From Chloroflexota bacterium (lineage in GTDB: Bacteria > Chloroflexota > UBA11872 > VXOZ01), in the NCBI GenBank assembly GCA_963663275.1, contig OY760183.1:1472001-1536000 (forward strand): DNA of 64,000 nucleotides, read 5' to 3'. Shown piece by piece: positions 45,975 through 57,523 of the stretch. The position numbers and the translations under genes were made by a program. The notes below the pieces were generated by a model. That model saw only the letters and a list, made by a program, of their open reading frames with translations, was not told the origin of the DNA and made no database searches. Every line of letters begins with the position of its first letter. The first letter of the stretch is position 1.

Positions 45975-46970
45975 TCAGCCGTCGAGGCGCACCCGCTGTC
46001 CGCTCTCAGACGCCGCATAGATGCCCTGCACGATGGCCACCGCCCGTTTGCCGTCCTCGCCGGTGACGGACGGCTCCCGCTGTTCCAGGATGCTGGCCAC
46101 GAACTCGCCGTCCTCGCGTATGAATTGGCTGCGGTTTTGGGGGAACGTATGCGTTTCCCATTCCTCCGCGTCCGCCGTCGCCACTTTGAGATACCGCCAG
46201 GTGGCGATCTCCATGGCGCCGGCCGCGCCGGTCACCACTGCCCGGCAGCGGCTCAACACCGGGGGTGTGATCAAGGAGATTTCCATGGTCGCGGTGGCGC
46301 CGTTGGCGAACTCCAGGTGCGCCACGCCGTGGTCCTCGCCCTCGGTGCGCGCGCCGTAGTGGCCCACGGAGGCGGTGATCGCCGTCACCTCGGAACCGAG
46401 CCACCAGCGCAGGCGGTCGGCGCTGTGCACGCCGTTATCCATGAAGACGCCGCCGCCGGCCAGGGCGCGCACGCCGCGCCACCCCATGTCCTTATGGCGA
46501 TTGGGGGCTTGGACTGAGTCGTGGACGTGCAGCACGTCGCCGATTGCCCCTTCGCGCAGCAGTTCCCGCGCCCGCAGGTGTTCCAGGATGAAGCGGTGGG
46601 TGTGGCCGACCATCAGGTTCACGTTGGCCGCGCGGCAGGCGGCGATGACGGCGTCGCACTCGGCCACGCTAACGCCCAGCGGCTTTTCGCAGAGCACGTG
46701 CTTGCCGGCCCGGGCCGCGCCAATGGCCGCCTCCGCGTGCAGCGCGTGGGGCAGGCAGATGACGACGGCGTCCACCGCCGGGTCGTCCAGCACGGCGCGG
46801 TAGTCGGTGTGGACGTCCGGGACGCCGTGCGCGGCGGCGTACGTGCGGACGGCCGCTTCATTCACGTCCGCCGCCGCCGTAATGCGCGCCGCCGGCGCGG
46901 CGGCCAAGCCCCGCGCGTGGGACTGCGCAATGCCGCCGGTGCCGAGTATGCCGATGTTGACGGTCTTCAT
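45975..46970 (-). CDS. Gfo/Idh/MocA family oxidoreductase
   Basis: GILGTGGIA, KHVLCEKP, GGVFMDNGVH. Confidence 0.9.
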   Translation of the reverse strand: MKTVNIGILGTGGIAQSHARGLAAAPAARITAAADVNEAAVRTYAAAHGVPDVHTDYRAVLDDPAVDAVVICLPHALHAEAAIGAARAGKHVLCEKPLGVSVAECDAVIAACRAANVNLMVGHTHRFILEHLRARELLREGAIGDVLHVHDSVQAPNRHKDMGWRGVRALAGGGVFMDNGVHSADRLRWWLGSEVTAITASVGHYGARTEGEDHGVAHLEFANGATATMEISLITPPVLSRCRAVVTGAAGAMEIATWRYLKVATADAEEWETHTFPQNRSQFIREDGEFVASILEQREPSVTGEDGKRAVAIVQGIYAASESGQRVRLDG

Positions 46971-47078
46971 ACCCGCCGCTCCTTTCGCCTCAAGCCGCGG
47001 CCGCCGTGACGCCCGGTCACCGGCAGGGCAAATGAGGGCGCCCGCGACTTCCCGGTTGTTTTGTGCTAGTATACACGC

Positions 47079-47143
47079 ACAGCCCCTGATCGCTTCGGCG
47101 GCAGGGTAGAGGCCGCCCGCGCGGGCGGCCTCTGTTTTCTTTT
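47079..47143 (+). ncRNA. Candidate small RNA or attenuator (UUCG hairpin plus terminator)
   Basis: TGcTAGTAT extended -10; ccctgatcgc-ttcg-gcggcaggg; 26-bp palindrome followed by gttttctttt. Confidence 0.4.
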
Positions 47144-47299
47144 GCGGGCGCGTCCGGCAGGGCTCGCGGCGGTCCTTGCGCGGAAAACCCGCGCCCGCCG
47201 GCGTGACGCCCCGCGCGGCGTCGCGTATCATGGGAACGGTAGCCGGAGCGCTCCGGCCCACGCGGCAAAATCGACCCCCGGCGAGGCGGCAGCCGACCC

Positions 47300-48073
47300 A
47301 TGCTCACCACACGCATCATTCCCTGTCTGGACGTGCATCGCGGCCGCGTGGTGCGGGGACAGCAGTTTTCGGCCGATAAGGACGCCGGCGACCCCATCGA
47401 GTTGGCCGTGCGCTACAACGAGCAGAGCGCCGACGAGTTGGTCTACTACGACATTACGGCCTCGGCGGAAGAGCGCGGCATCTTCCAGGATCTGGTGGAG
47501 CGCACCGCCGACCAGCTTTTCATTCCGCTCACGGTCGGCGGCGGCATTCGCACGGCGGCTGACATGCGGCGCATGTTGCGGGCGGGCGCGGACAAGGTCT
47601 CCATCAACACGGCGGCGGTGGAAAATCCCGACCTGATCAACGACGGCGCCGAGGGCTTCGGCAGCCAGTGCACGGTGCTCTCCATGGACGTGAAGCGCGT
47701 GCCCCAGGCCGACAGCACAATCAAGTGGCGCGTCTTCACCCATGGCGGCCGCCGCCAGACCGATGGCGAGGCGGTGCCTTGGGCGGTCGAGGGCGTGGAA
47801 CGCGGCGCGGGCGAAATCGTGGTCAACAGCATCGACGCCGACGGCACCTTGGCCGGCTACGACCTGGAACTCCTGGCCGCCGTCTGCGCCGCGGTGGACG
47901 TGCCCGTCATTGCCAGCGGCGGCGGCGGCACGCTGCAACACCTCTTCGACGCCTTGGACAAGGGCAACGCCCACGCCGTGCTGGCCGCTTCCATCTTCCA
48001 CTACGAGCACTTCACCGTGCGCGAGGTGAAAGAATATCTGGCGGCCAGGGGCATCCCGATGCGCTTGAAGTAG
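47300..48073 (+). CDS. hisF: Imidazole glycerol phosphate synthase cyclase subunit
   Basis: [44 protein letters not shown]. Confidence 0.93.
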   Translation: MLTTRIIPCLDVHRGRVVRGQQFSADKDAGDPIELAVRYNEQSADELVYYDITASAEERGIFQDLVERTADQLFIPLTVGGGIRTAADMRRMLRAGADKVSINTAAVENPDLINDGAEGFGSQCTVLSMDVKRVPQADSTIKWRVFTHGGRRQTDGEAVPWAVEGVERGAGEIVVNSIDADGTLAGYDLELLAAVCAAVDVPVIASGGGGTLQHLFDALDKGNAHAVLAASIFHYEHFTVREVKEYLAARGIPMRLK

Positions 48074-48132
48074 GCCGGCTCCGCCGCGAGAATGACAGGC
48101 CGCATTTGCAAGCCGATTTCGTGGAGAAGCCC

Positions 48133-49116
48133 ATGCCGGCGAACATTCAGATTCGACCGTACAATCCCAATCTCGACATGGCGGCGTTGCTGCCCCTCTG
48201 GCAGACCGCGCTCGGTGACACGTGGCCGATGCGGGACGATCTCTTGCGGCGGCAATTGACCGGGCATCGCTTCTATCGCGGGGACGATCACCTGGTGGCG
48301 GTGGCGGACGGGCGAATTGTGGGCTTCGTGGGGACGCAGGTGGACCGTTGGGAAGGCGTCCCCGCTGATAAGCGCGGCGGCGGCATTTCCGTCGTGCTCG
48401 TGCATCCCGACTGGCGGCGGCGGGGCACTGGCGCGCGGTTGCATGAGGCCGCGCTCGGCCATCTACGAAATGAAGGCGCGCGGGAGTTGCGGCTCGGCGG
48501 CGGCGGCGCGTACCGCTTCTGGCCGGGGATTCCTACAGACCTGCCCGGGGCGTATGCGTTTTTCGAGTCTTGCGGCTGGCCGTTGGAATCGGACAAACGG
48601 TCGCGGGACCTGGTGCGCGACCTCCGCGATTTCGAAGTTCCAGCCGCCATGAGCGCGCGTCTGGAGCGGGAAGGCGTGACCGTGCGCCCGGCCCGCGAGG
48701 ATGAAGCGGCGGACGTGCTCGCGTTTGAATGGGAGCACTTTCCCGGTTGGGCCGCGGGCTTCGTCTACATGGCGGAACTCGGCGATTTTCAGAATATGCT
48801 GCTCGCAATCGACCGGCGGAAGGGCATCGTCGGCACGCTCATGCTGCACACGCCGTCGTCACGCTGGCTCACGGCAAACGTCACGTGGCAGACGCTGCTG
48901 GGCGATGCGCTCGGCGGCATCAGCGCCGTGGGCGTGGTGGAGCGCGAACGGGGGCGCGGCATCGGCATCGGCATGGTGGCTGTTGGCTCAGAAGTCCTCC
49001 GCGAACGCGGCGTGGGCAATTGCCACATCGACTGGACGAACATCGTCGACTTCTACGGCAAGCTGGGCTACCGGGTCTGGCGCGACTACTGGATGAGCAC
49101 GCGGATTCTGGCCTAG
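48133..49116 (+). CDS. Tandem-domain GNAT acetyltransferase
   Basis: VHPDWRRRGTG and RERGRGIG acetyl-CoA motifs; FYGKLGY. Confidence 0.8.
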   Translation: MPANIQIRPYNPNLDMAALLPLWQTALGDTWPMRDDLLRRQLTGHRFYRGDDHLVAVADGRIVGFVGTQVDRWEGVPADKRGGGISVVLVHPDWRRRGTGARLHEAALGHLRNEGARELRLGGGGAYRFWPGIPTDLPGAYAFFESCGWPLESDKRSRDLVRDLRDFEVPAAMSARLEREGVTVRPAREDEAADVLAFEWEHFPGWAAGFVYMAELGDFQNMLLAIDRRKGIVGTLMLHTPSSRWLTANVTWQTLLGDALGGISAVGVVERERGRGIGIGMVAVGSEVLRERGVGNCHIDWTNIVDFYGKLGYRVWRDYWMSTRILA

Positions 49117-49182
49117 GGGGCTTTGTGCACTTTTGGCCGGTAGCGCCGTTTATCCCCTCACCCTAGCCGCTCCCAGGGAGAT

Positions 49183-49328
49183 CTGACAGGGGTATGTATT
49201 GCATAATCGAAATCATGAGTCATTCCGAACGGAGCGCAGCGGAGAGAGGAATCTAAGGCTTTCGCGCCTAGAGCGTCGGTTCTAGATTCCTCGCTCCGCT
49301 CGGAATGACACTTTCCTACCCCTGTCAG
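49183..49328. mobile_element. MITE family 1, third copy, in a family-A REP
   Basis: TIRs ctgacaggggta / tacccctgtcag; imperfect flanking repeat ccagggagat / ccggggagag; family-E pair inside. Confidence 0.7.
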
Positions 49329-49713
49329 CCGGGGAGAGGGGACTTTTCGCCTCTCGGCGGGTTAATGTGAAGGTCGCCTTCAGCCGCTCGATGCGTTCTT
49401 GAGATTAGGCGCTGCCATTTTTGTGGGAGAACGGGAAACGCATTCCCCGCTCTCCCAAAAGGTAGGTAGGCGCTCATAGACATTCCACTCTACGCCGGCA
49501 GCGCAACGTCTTGTGCCAAGAATCGTTGCAATTTGGGTATACTGTTCTGTGTGCAAGAGTGGCGGTTGTCCGCGGGCCGCGGTGGGTGAAGCCTAGTACG
49601 GCAAGCAAATGCGTCCGCGAGCGTAGGTTGCGGTCGACGGGCGGCAGGCGGCGGACAGAGCGATGAGCGCGCGCGGCGCGGTGTGACGCGCCGGCGCAGG
49701 AAGGAAGTGCGGC

Positions 49714-50457
49714 ATGGCGAAAGCAATCGCGCCCGTTCAGAGCGCCCAGCCGTTGCGCAGTCTGAGCGCGGCGGAACTTGAGACCTACGATGAGCGGGGC
49801 TTTGTGATTATCGACGACGCCTTTCCGCCGGAAGACGTGACGGCCATTAACGACGAGATCGAGCGCATGATGCCGGAACACGCAGATACGCAGGAACACC
49901 GGCCGGGGTGGATCTTCCAGTTGGGGCTGCGCTCCGAACTTCTCGGTACTTTTGCCCGTGATGAGCGCATCCTGTCCCTCATCGAGGATATCGTCCAGCC
50001 CGGCATTGCCGTGCACTCGGCGAAATTGGTCTCCAAAGTGCCCCACTCCGACATCGTCTGCCATTGGCACCAGGACGAGGCGTTCTACACCAGGCCCGAC
50101 GACCCCAAATCCTTCAGCCAAACGCGCATGTCCATCTGGATGCCGCTCCAGGACGCGAACGAGGCCAACGGCTGCATGCGGGTGGTGCCGGGCAGCCACC
50201 GCTGGGGCTTGCAGGACTACGAAGTCATGGATTACGGCGCCTGCGTCCGCAAGCTGACGCCGGAGGAATACGCCAACGAGCACGCCATACCCGTGCCGCT
50301 GCCGGCCGGTTCGGTGCTGCTCTTCCACGGCCTGCTCTGGCACCACTCCAAGGGCAACCAAACCGACCGCGTGCGCCGCGCCTTCATCGTCTCGTATCAG
50401 GAAGCCACGTCGCTGGCCGACGTGGGACAGCGGAAACTCATCCGTCCCGCGCCCTAG
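49714..50457 (+). CDS. Phytanoyl-CoA dioxygenase (PhyH) family Fe(II)/2-oxoglutarate oxygenase
   Basis: HWHQD, NGCMRVVPGSH, WHHS..N...RR. Confidence 0.9.
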   Translation: MAKAIAPVQSAQPLRSLSAAELETYDERGFVIIDDAFPPEDVTAINDEIERMMPEHADTQEHRPGWIFQLGLRSELLGTFARDERILSLIEDIVQPGIAVHSAKLVSKVPHSDIVCHWHQDEAFYTRPDDPKSFSQTRMSIWMPLQDANEANGCMRVVPGSHRWGLQDYEVMDYGACVRKLTPEEYANEHAIPVPLPAGSVLLFHGLLWHHSKGNQTDRVRRAFIVSYQEATSLADVGQRKLIRPAP

Positions 50458-50696
50458 TTCTCTCAATGTTGTAGCCGTTCATGCTTCGACAGGCTCAGCA
50501 CGAACGGCTACTTGAGTCAGCTTGCCGAGAAGCCACGGATTGGGACGTTATTGCGCAGTAGAGGCTCATCCCCCGCCCTAGGCGCTCCGCGGCTTGACAT
50601 CCCCACCAGACTGGATGTGATCAAGAGCCGTGCCGGCGCGGTTCCTCATTCGCGCGGGCCGCGTGATACGGGGCGCGAGACCCGCTCGGCAGCGGC

Positions 50697-51481
50697 TTAG
50701 TCCCAACGGAACAATCGTACGCTGGCGGCAACGCAGACCGCCGCCGTCGCTCCCAGGTAAACGAAGGATGCCCAGATGGGCAGGCCGACGGTCGTTTCTT
50801 CCCCCCAGCTTGCGCCCAGCCAGAGGAACGTGTGCAGGTCGTAGGCGTGCGTGAGCGGCAGCCAGTCGCCCACCAATTGAAGCGCGGCGGGGAACGCCTC
50901 CCTGGGACCGAACGCGCCGCTCAACACGAACATGGGGAAGAACAGCGTAAGTCCCAAGAATAGCGCGGTGCGCGTCCGGCCGATGCGGGCGGTGACGGCG
51001 GTCCCCAGAGCGGCAAACGCCAGGTACGAGACGAATATCGCCAACGCCACCATGGCCGCGTTGCCCCCGAAGCGTATGCCGAATACCAGCCAGCCTACGA
51101 CGAGCATGAGAGCCAGGGACGCCAGAATGACCGCCGCGCCCACCGCCAGCGGCGCGGCGATGAGCATGTACGACGGCATGGGCGTAACCCGGTACCGCCG
51201 GAAAATCGCGTATTGGCGAAACTCCACCAGCGACTGCGGCAGCGCGACGATGCCGAACATTGCCGTCACCCAGGCGATGTTGCCGGCGAGCAGAACGTCT
51301 CGCACGTGGAACATCTCCACGTCGCCCGCGCCCCTATCCACCGGGATCTCAACATTGCCGACCGAGAATCCCAGGGCGAGAAAGATCGCCAGCGGCAGAA
51401 TTACCATCATGAACATAGCCCCAGGCTCGCGCAGCGCCAGGAGCAATTCGCTATAGATCAGTCTGCGCAGGACCGTTGCGT

Positions 51482-51485
<4 letters not shown>
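50697..51485 (-). CDS. ABC-2 type exporter permease
   Basis: About six TM segments; FVLSGAF-P, LPLTH, FRWD C-terminus. Confidence 0.85.
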
Positions 51486-52429
<944 letters not shown>

Positions 52430-52447
52430 GTTTTCCCTCGACTTTCA

Positions 52448-52567
52448 TTGTGATTTGTATTACAAAGTACTTTGTGAAACAATCATAACATCCGGCCCTG
52501 GGCAGAGTCAAGCCGGCTGGCGGCGGATAGTTTATTCATGTAAACTAGTTTGCACAACAAATCACAA
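52448..52567. promoter_or_regulatory. AT-rich divergent promoter region with palindromic operator candidates
   Basis: acaaagtactttgt (52462-52475), aaactagttt (52542-52551), ttgtgatttgt/acaaatcacaa inverted pair. Confidence 0.55.
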
Positions 52568-52607
52568 AGGTGCGCGCCACGGCTCCCGGCGCGACAGGAG
52601 GCGCTCG

Positions 52608-53240
52608 ATGCAGAAACCTGAAGGTGGGACTTCAGCGCTCACGCCGCAAGAGAGTTGGCAGACCATCCACGCGACGGTGGACAAGGCCCGCAGCTCCATG
52701 TACGTCGCGGGAACGGCGACGATACTGCTCCTCTGGGGCGTTGTAACCGCGCTGGGATTCACGTCGCAGTACGCCGTCGGGACGTGGGCGCCGGAGTTCG
52801 CGTTGCGCAATCCGTGGCTGCCCGGGCCGCTGTGGGTCGTGCTGGTAGCGGCGGGGATGGCGGGCAGCGCCGTCATCGGACACCGCGCGGGCAGCCAGTA
52901 CGCGGCCGGCGGCGCCATGCGCAGCGCCGGCATCCGGGTGTTTCTCTATTGGCTCGCGGTTGTTCTGGCGGCGTTCTTCGTGCCCGCGGCGGCGGGCATG
53001 TGGACGGCTGAAGCCGCGGCCAACATACCCCGTGTGTCCCTGGGTATTGTGGCGCTGGGATACGTCCTGTTCGGCATACTGCATCGCCCGGTGATAGCGG
53101 TCGTGGGCGGAGGCATCGCGGCGGCGTACTACGTTCCCAGCTACCTGGCGGGTGACGCCGCGCCGTTGGTAACGGCGGTTGCGATACTGCTAGTGGTTGC
53201 GCTCAGCGCGGCGTGGATTCGCAAGAGCGGCGTCCTGTGA
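52608..53240 (+). CDS. Multi-pass membrane protein
   Basis: About six hydrophobic helices; RBS aggagg; overlaps the regulator start (GTGA). Confidence 0.75.
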   Translation: MQKPEGGTSALTPQESWQTIHATVDKARSSMYVAGTATILLLWGVVTALGFTSQYAVGTWAPEFALRNPWLPGPLWVVLVAAGMAGSAVIGHRAGSQYAAGGAMRSAGIRVFLYWLAVVLAAFFVPAAAGMWTAEAAANIPRVSLGIVALGYVLFGILHRPVIAVVGGGIAAAYYVPSYLAGDAAPLVTAVAILLVVALSAAWIRKSGVL

Positions 53241-53560
53241 CCGACGAGATCGTTCTGGACGAGACCATCCACCAGTCCACCCGGCTGCGCATAATGACGA
53301 TGCTGGTTTCTTTGCCCGCAGCGGACCGGCTGACCTACGGGTTCATCCAGGAGACGCTCGCCCTGACCGGCGGCAACCTGACCACCCACCTGCGCAAACT
53401 CGAACGCGCCAACTACCTGGTGGTCACGAAAGAGTTCCACGAGTCCAAGCCGCGCACGTGGCTTCAGGCGACGCCGGCGGGACGCCGCGCCTTTGCCGCC
53501 TATCTTGCCAACCTGGAGAAGGCGCTGAACTGGCGGCCGGATACGGAGACCGCCACATAG
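53237..53560 (+). CDS. Winged-helix transcriptional regulator (HTH_34/ArsR-MarR-like)
   Basis: IHQSTRLRIM, LTGGNLTTHLRKLE, KPRTW...TPAGRRAF. Confidence 0.88.
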   Translation: MTDEIVLDETIHQSTRLRIMTMLVSLPAADRLTYGFIQETLALTGGNLTTHLRKLERANYLVVTKEFHESKPRTWLQATPAGRRAFAAYLANLEKALNWRPDTETAT

Positions 53561-53620
53561 GGCACACGCACAAGCCCGCGCGGCGCGGTTCGCTCGGAAT
53601 ATAAAGAAGTGTAACCGCGC

Positions 53621-54778
53621 CTATCCCCGCAGCCAGCGGTCTAAGAATTGCACCGAGCGCATTCGCGCCGTCTCTTCCTCCGGCTCGACCTCGTGGCCGC
53701 CTTCGTGGACGTGGATGGCGCACTTTTCGCCGATGCCCAGGCGATCGTAGACGGCTTTCGCCTCGGCAAAGGCCTGTTCGGCCAGTTTCCAGTAGACCGC
53801 GCCGTCGTGCTTGCCTTCTTCCACCATGAACGCGCGGGGGCAGATCAGCGAGGCGATGTCGCTGTCGGCGAATTCGTGGAGATGGGCGTAGATCTTGTCC
53901 TCCTCGGCAGTGAGCGCAAAGGGACGGTAATGCTCGGAGGGGATTACCTGCTTCTGGTAGCGCTCGTTGAACCAGGCCGTGCTCACCACCGCCTGCAGGC
54001 GTGTATCCAGCGCGCCGAGCCAGAGCGCCGACTGTCCGCCCTGGGACTTGCCGTAGAAGCCGATGCGGTCGTCCGCCACCCGCGGCAGGCTCGCCAGCAG
54101 GTCTACGCTGCGGGAGAGAGCGAACATCTCCACGCCGAAGAGGTCCATGCCGATGGTGCGGCAGAGGCGGTTGAGGTACATGCGGGCGTGGGGCTGCCCG
54201 CTCTTGAGCGCCTGCAACTTGGGGGCAAAGCGTCCCGCCAGCGTGTCCGGCTCGAAGCCGGTGACCATGCGCGTGGCGAGCACGGTGTAGCCGTGCCTGG
54301 CCAGGCGTCCGCCGATGCGGTGGTAGGTGCTGTCAATGCCGGCGTGTTCGGTTTCGGTGAAGCCGCAGGCGGTTTCCGGCACGCCGTAGATGCCGATCTG
54401 CAGGACAAGCCCCGGAAACGGCCCCGCGCCGTGGGGCGTGAGCAGCAGCGCGTCGGTTTCAATCTGATCGAACACCCGGTAATGCGCCCGCTCGACGCGG
54501 AAATCGCGGGTTTCGGCCAACGGCTCCACGCGCAGATGCAGGTCCTGCCGCTCCCACGGCCAGCCGCCGAGACTCTCCAGGAAATGCCGCCGGTTGTGTT
54601 CCACCGACCGCGCGTAGGCGTCGAGGCCGGAGAAGTCGCGGTTCCAATAGCGCCCCCGCGCCTCGTATCGCTCCTTGACGTAGCGCAGCAGATATTCCTC
54701 GTACTGCTCGAACAACCGCTGCTGCCGGGGATTTACGTCGTCTATGCCGAGAACGGGCCAATCGTCATAGTAGGGCAT
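53621..54778 (-). CDS. Alpha/beta hydrolase (dienelactone hydrolase/acetylxylan esterase-like)
   Basis: GKSQGG nucleophile elbow, ASLICPR, HEGGHE; paralogue of the 60662-62887 gene. Confidence 0.8.
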   Translation of the reverse strand: MPYYDDWPVLGIDDVNPRQQRLFEQYEEYLLRYVKERYEARGRYWNRDFSGLDAYARSVEHNRRHFLESLGGWPWERQDLHLRVEPLAETRDFRVERAHYRVFDQIETDALLLTPHGAGPFPGLVLQIGIYGVPETACGFTETEHAGIDSTYHRIGGRLARHGYTVLATRMVTGFEPDTLAGRFAPKLQALKSGQPHARMYLNRLCRTIGMDLFGVEMFALSRSVDLLASLPRVADDRIGFYGKSQGGQSALWLGALDTRLQAVVSTAWFNERYQKQVIPSEHYRPFALTAEEDKIYAHLHEFADSDIASLICPRAFMVEEGKHDGAVYWKLAEQAFAEAKAVYDRLGIGEKCAIHVHEGGHEVEPEEETARMRSVQFLDRWLRG

Positions 54779-54856
54779 GGTGCAGAGCCTCCTGTTTCAA
54801 TGAGCAACGAGTACATGCAATGTGGGACGGTCCGCGCTCCTCTTTCAACCTGAGAT

Positions 54857-55050
54857 CCGTTCGTGCTGAGCCTGTCGAAGCACACGGAGAGGGGGCAATA
54901 CGACTGTCAGTCCGCTCCGGCGCCGTTCACCCTTCGACGTTGCTCAGGGCGAACGGAGAGGTCAGTAGCCGCTCCACAATTCCCCCTCGCTACTTTCTTT
55001 CTCCGTTCGTGCTGAGCACTTCGACAAGCTCAGTACGGGCATGTCGAAAC
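54857..55050. repeat. Family-F REP cluster (CCGTTCGTGCTGAGCCTGTCGAAGCA-like)
   Basis: Several copies; also at 35177-35291 and 50471-50511. Confidence 0.7.
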
Positions 55051-55114
55051 ATTCGTGCTGAGTTCTATTTGATCAGCATGACCGGACTAGGCGCCCAGCG
55101 CATCCACGCGCGGG

Positions 55115-56530
55115 TCAGCCGCCCGCCGCGATACCGCTCAATCCCGGCTGCACCATCTTTGCCGGATCCAGCGCCTCATCCAGTTGCGCGTCGGTGAGGT
55201 CGGTGAGTTCCTTCGCCACCTCGCGCACAGTCTTGTTTTCGGCATAGGCGGTCTTGGCGATGACGGCGGCTTGGTCGTAGCCCACCAGGGGCGCGAGGGC
55301 CGTGGCGGTCATGAGGCCGCGTTCCACCGTGGCGGGGCCGTGCTCCGTGGCCTGGATGCCGCTCACGCACTGGTCGGCAAAGTTCGCCGCCGCGTTGCTG
55401 AGCAGACCGATTGGGCGCAGCACGTTGTACGCCGCCACCGGCAGCATCGTATTCAGCTCGAAGTATCCCCACTGGCCGGAGAGCGTCACCACGTGGTGGT
55501 TGCCCATGGCTTGGGCGCAGACCTGGATGACCGATTCGGGAATGACGGGATTTACCTTGCCGGGCATGATGCTGCTCCCGGGCTGCACCTCCGGCAGCAG
55601 CAGTTCGCCGAGACCGGCGCGGGGGCCGGAGCCCAGCCAGCGGACGTCGTTGGCGATCTTCAGCAGCGCCACGGCCACGGTATTCAACATGCCACTGGTC
55701 ATCACCAGCGTGTCGATGGCGCTCTGGGCCTGGAAGTGGTTCTCGGTCTCGCGCACGTGGCAGCCGGTGGCGCCGCGCAGCTTGGCGCAGACCAGGCGCG
55801 CGAACCGCGGATGGGCGTTGATGCCGGTGCCCACCGCCGTGCCGCCCAGCGCCAGTTCGCCCAGCCAGTCCTCGGCGTGGCGCAGGTGCTTGAGCGCCCG
55901 CTCGATCTGGCCGGCGTAGCCCTGAAACTCCTGCCCCAGGCGGATGGGCGTGGCGTCCTGCAAGTGGGTGCGCCCGGTCTTGATGATCGGCATGAATTCT
56001 TCGGCTTTGGCCGCCAACGCGCCCTGAAGCTTTGCCAAGGCGGGTATCAGGTCTTCCCGGATGCCCAGGAGCGCCGAAAGATGCATCGCCGCCGGAATCA
56101 CGTCGTTGGACGACTGGCAGATGTTCACGTGGTCGTTGGGATGGACGGTGCGCGAGCCGCGCGCCTCGCCGAGGATTTCCACCGCGCGGTTGGCGATGAC
56201 CTCGTTGGCGTTCATGTTGGTGGAAGTGCCGGAGCCGGTCTGGAAGACGTCGAGCACAAACTCGCTATCCAGCGCGCCGTCCGCCACTTCCCCCGCCGCC
56301 TGGATGATCGCGCCGGCCAGCGCGTCGTCCAGCAAGCCGAGTTCCCGGTTAGCCTCCGCCGCCTTTTGCTTGATAAGGCCGAGCGCCTGGATGAACCGGC
56401 GCGGAAAGCGCAGGTCGCTGATGGGGAAGTTCAAGACCGCCCGCTGGGTGGACGCGCCGTAGTAGGCGTCAGCGGGCACTTCCATCGCGCCCATCGAGTC
56501 GCGCTCGGTGCGGGTTTCCATCGATGCCAT
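55115..56530 (-). CDS. fumC: Class II fumarate hydratase
   Basis: ERDSMG, QTGSGTSTNMN, GRTHLQDATP, GSSIMPGKVNP. Confidence 0.93.
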   Translation of the reverse strand: MASMETRTERDSMGAMEVPADAYYGASTQRAVLNFPISDLRFPRRFIQALGLIKQKAAEANRELGLLDDALAGAIIQAAGEVADGALDSEFVLDVFQTGSGTSTNMNANEVIANRAVEILGEARGSRTVHPNDHVNICQSSNDVIPAAMHLSALLGIREDLIPALAKLQGALAAKAEEFMPIIKTGRTHLQDATPIRLGQEFQGYAGQIERALKHLRHAEDWLGELALGGTAVGTGINAHPRFARLVCAKLRGATGCHVRETENHFQAQSAIDTLVMTSGMLNTVAVALLKIANDVRWLGSGPRAGLGELLLPEVQPGSSIMPGKVNPVIPESVIQVCAQAMGNHHVVTLSGQWGYFELNTMLPVAAYNVLRPIGLLSNAAANFADQCVSGIQATEHGPATVERGLMTATALAPLVGYDQAAVIAKTAYAENKTVREVAKELTDLTDAQLDEALDPAKMVQPGLSGIAAGG

Positions 56531-56541
56531 CGATGCTCCTT

Positions 56542-57258
56542 TCAACTGTGAAAGCGTTGCAGAATGAAGTCCCGGTGCGGCACGTTGCGCTCGGCATAAG
56601 ACCGCAAGAAGCGCGCTTTGTCGTAGGCCGCTTCCCGCCGCTCGACGCTCATGCCGGTTTCGCCAAGTGTGAGCACGGCGTACCGCGCCACCGGACGCGG
56701 GCCGCAGCCCAAGGCCCCCGGATTGAGGTAGAGCCGTGCCGCCGTTTGGAAAAAGTGGCCGTCGTGATGGTGGCCGGTGAGAATGGCTGCGGCTGGATGC
56801 GCCTCGTAATGCCCGTCCAGCTTTGCCGGGCTGGGCTCCGGATCGATCGGCGCCAGTTCTTGCGCCGCGTCAAGGTGATAGTGGGCGATGAAGAGTTCCA
56901 CGCTGCCGTGCCGGGGCGACAAGACGCGGGGCAACGCTTGCAGGCGCGGCACGAAGCCGCGGTCGAGTTCGTCCGCCACCCAGCGGTGATGGTCTTCCAT
57001 ATCTGGAAAACTGCTGGACGGCTCACCCGCGAGCACAGCGGCCAGTATCGAATCCTCATGATTGCCGGCAACGCCGGCAAAGGCGGGCAGGCCGAACAGC
57101 AGTTCCAGTGCCTCGTTCGTATCCGGCCCGATGCCGATCAGGTCGCCGGCCCCGTAGACGTGGGCCAGGTCGTCCTCCCGCGCCAGTTCCGCCAGCACGG
57201 CCCGCAGCGCCGGCGCGTTGCCGTGCACGTCGGTGATGATGCCGATCTTGGTTGCCAT
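56542..57258 (-). CDS. Calcineurin-like metallophosphoesterase
   Basis: DVHGN, GDLIG, GNHE, GHHH, NPG. Confidence 0.88.
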   Translation of the reverse strand: MATKIGIITDVHGNAPALRAVLAELAREDDLAHVYGAGDLIGIGPDTNEALELLFGLPAFAGVAGNHEDSILAAVLAGEPSSSFPDMEDHHRWVADELDRGFVPRLQALPRVLSPRHGSVELFIAHYHLDAAQELAPIDPEPSPAKLDGHYEAHPAAAILTGHHHDGHFFQTAARLYLNPGALGCGPRPVARYAVLTLGETGMSVERREAAYDKARFLRSYAERNVPHRDFILQRFHS

Positions 57259-57523
57259 GGTGTCTCTCTCTGTAGGGGGAGCCGCGTATTGCGCGCAATT
57301 CACCTCTTATCGTAGACCGAGGCGGCTTTGCGCTCAACTCCCATGCCTCGCCGGCGGGCGGTTTCGTACACAGGCGGCGATTAGGCTAAGATAAGGTACC
57401 AAGAGGAAGCGAATAGGGGCATGGAGGCGTCCTGGCCGGCGGCTGGGGCGGCGCCGTTGCCCAATACGCCGGCGAGACGGCGGCCCACGCGCACCGAGCG
57501 TGAGAATGAGGAGCAAACGAGCC

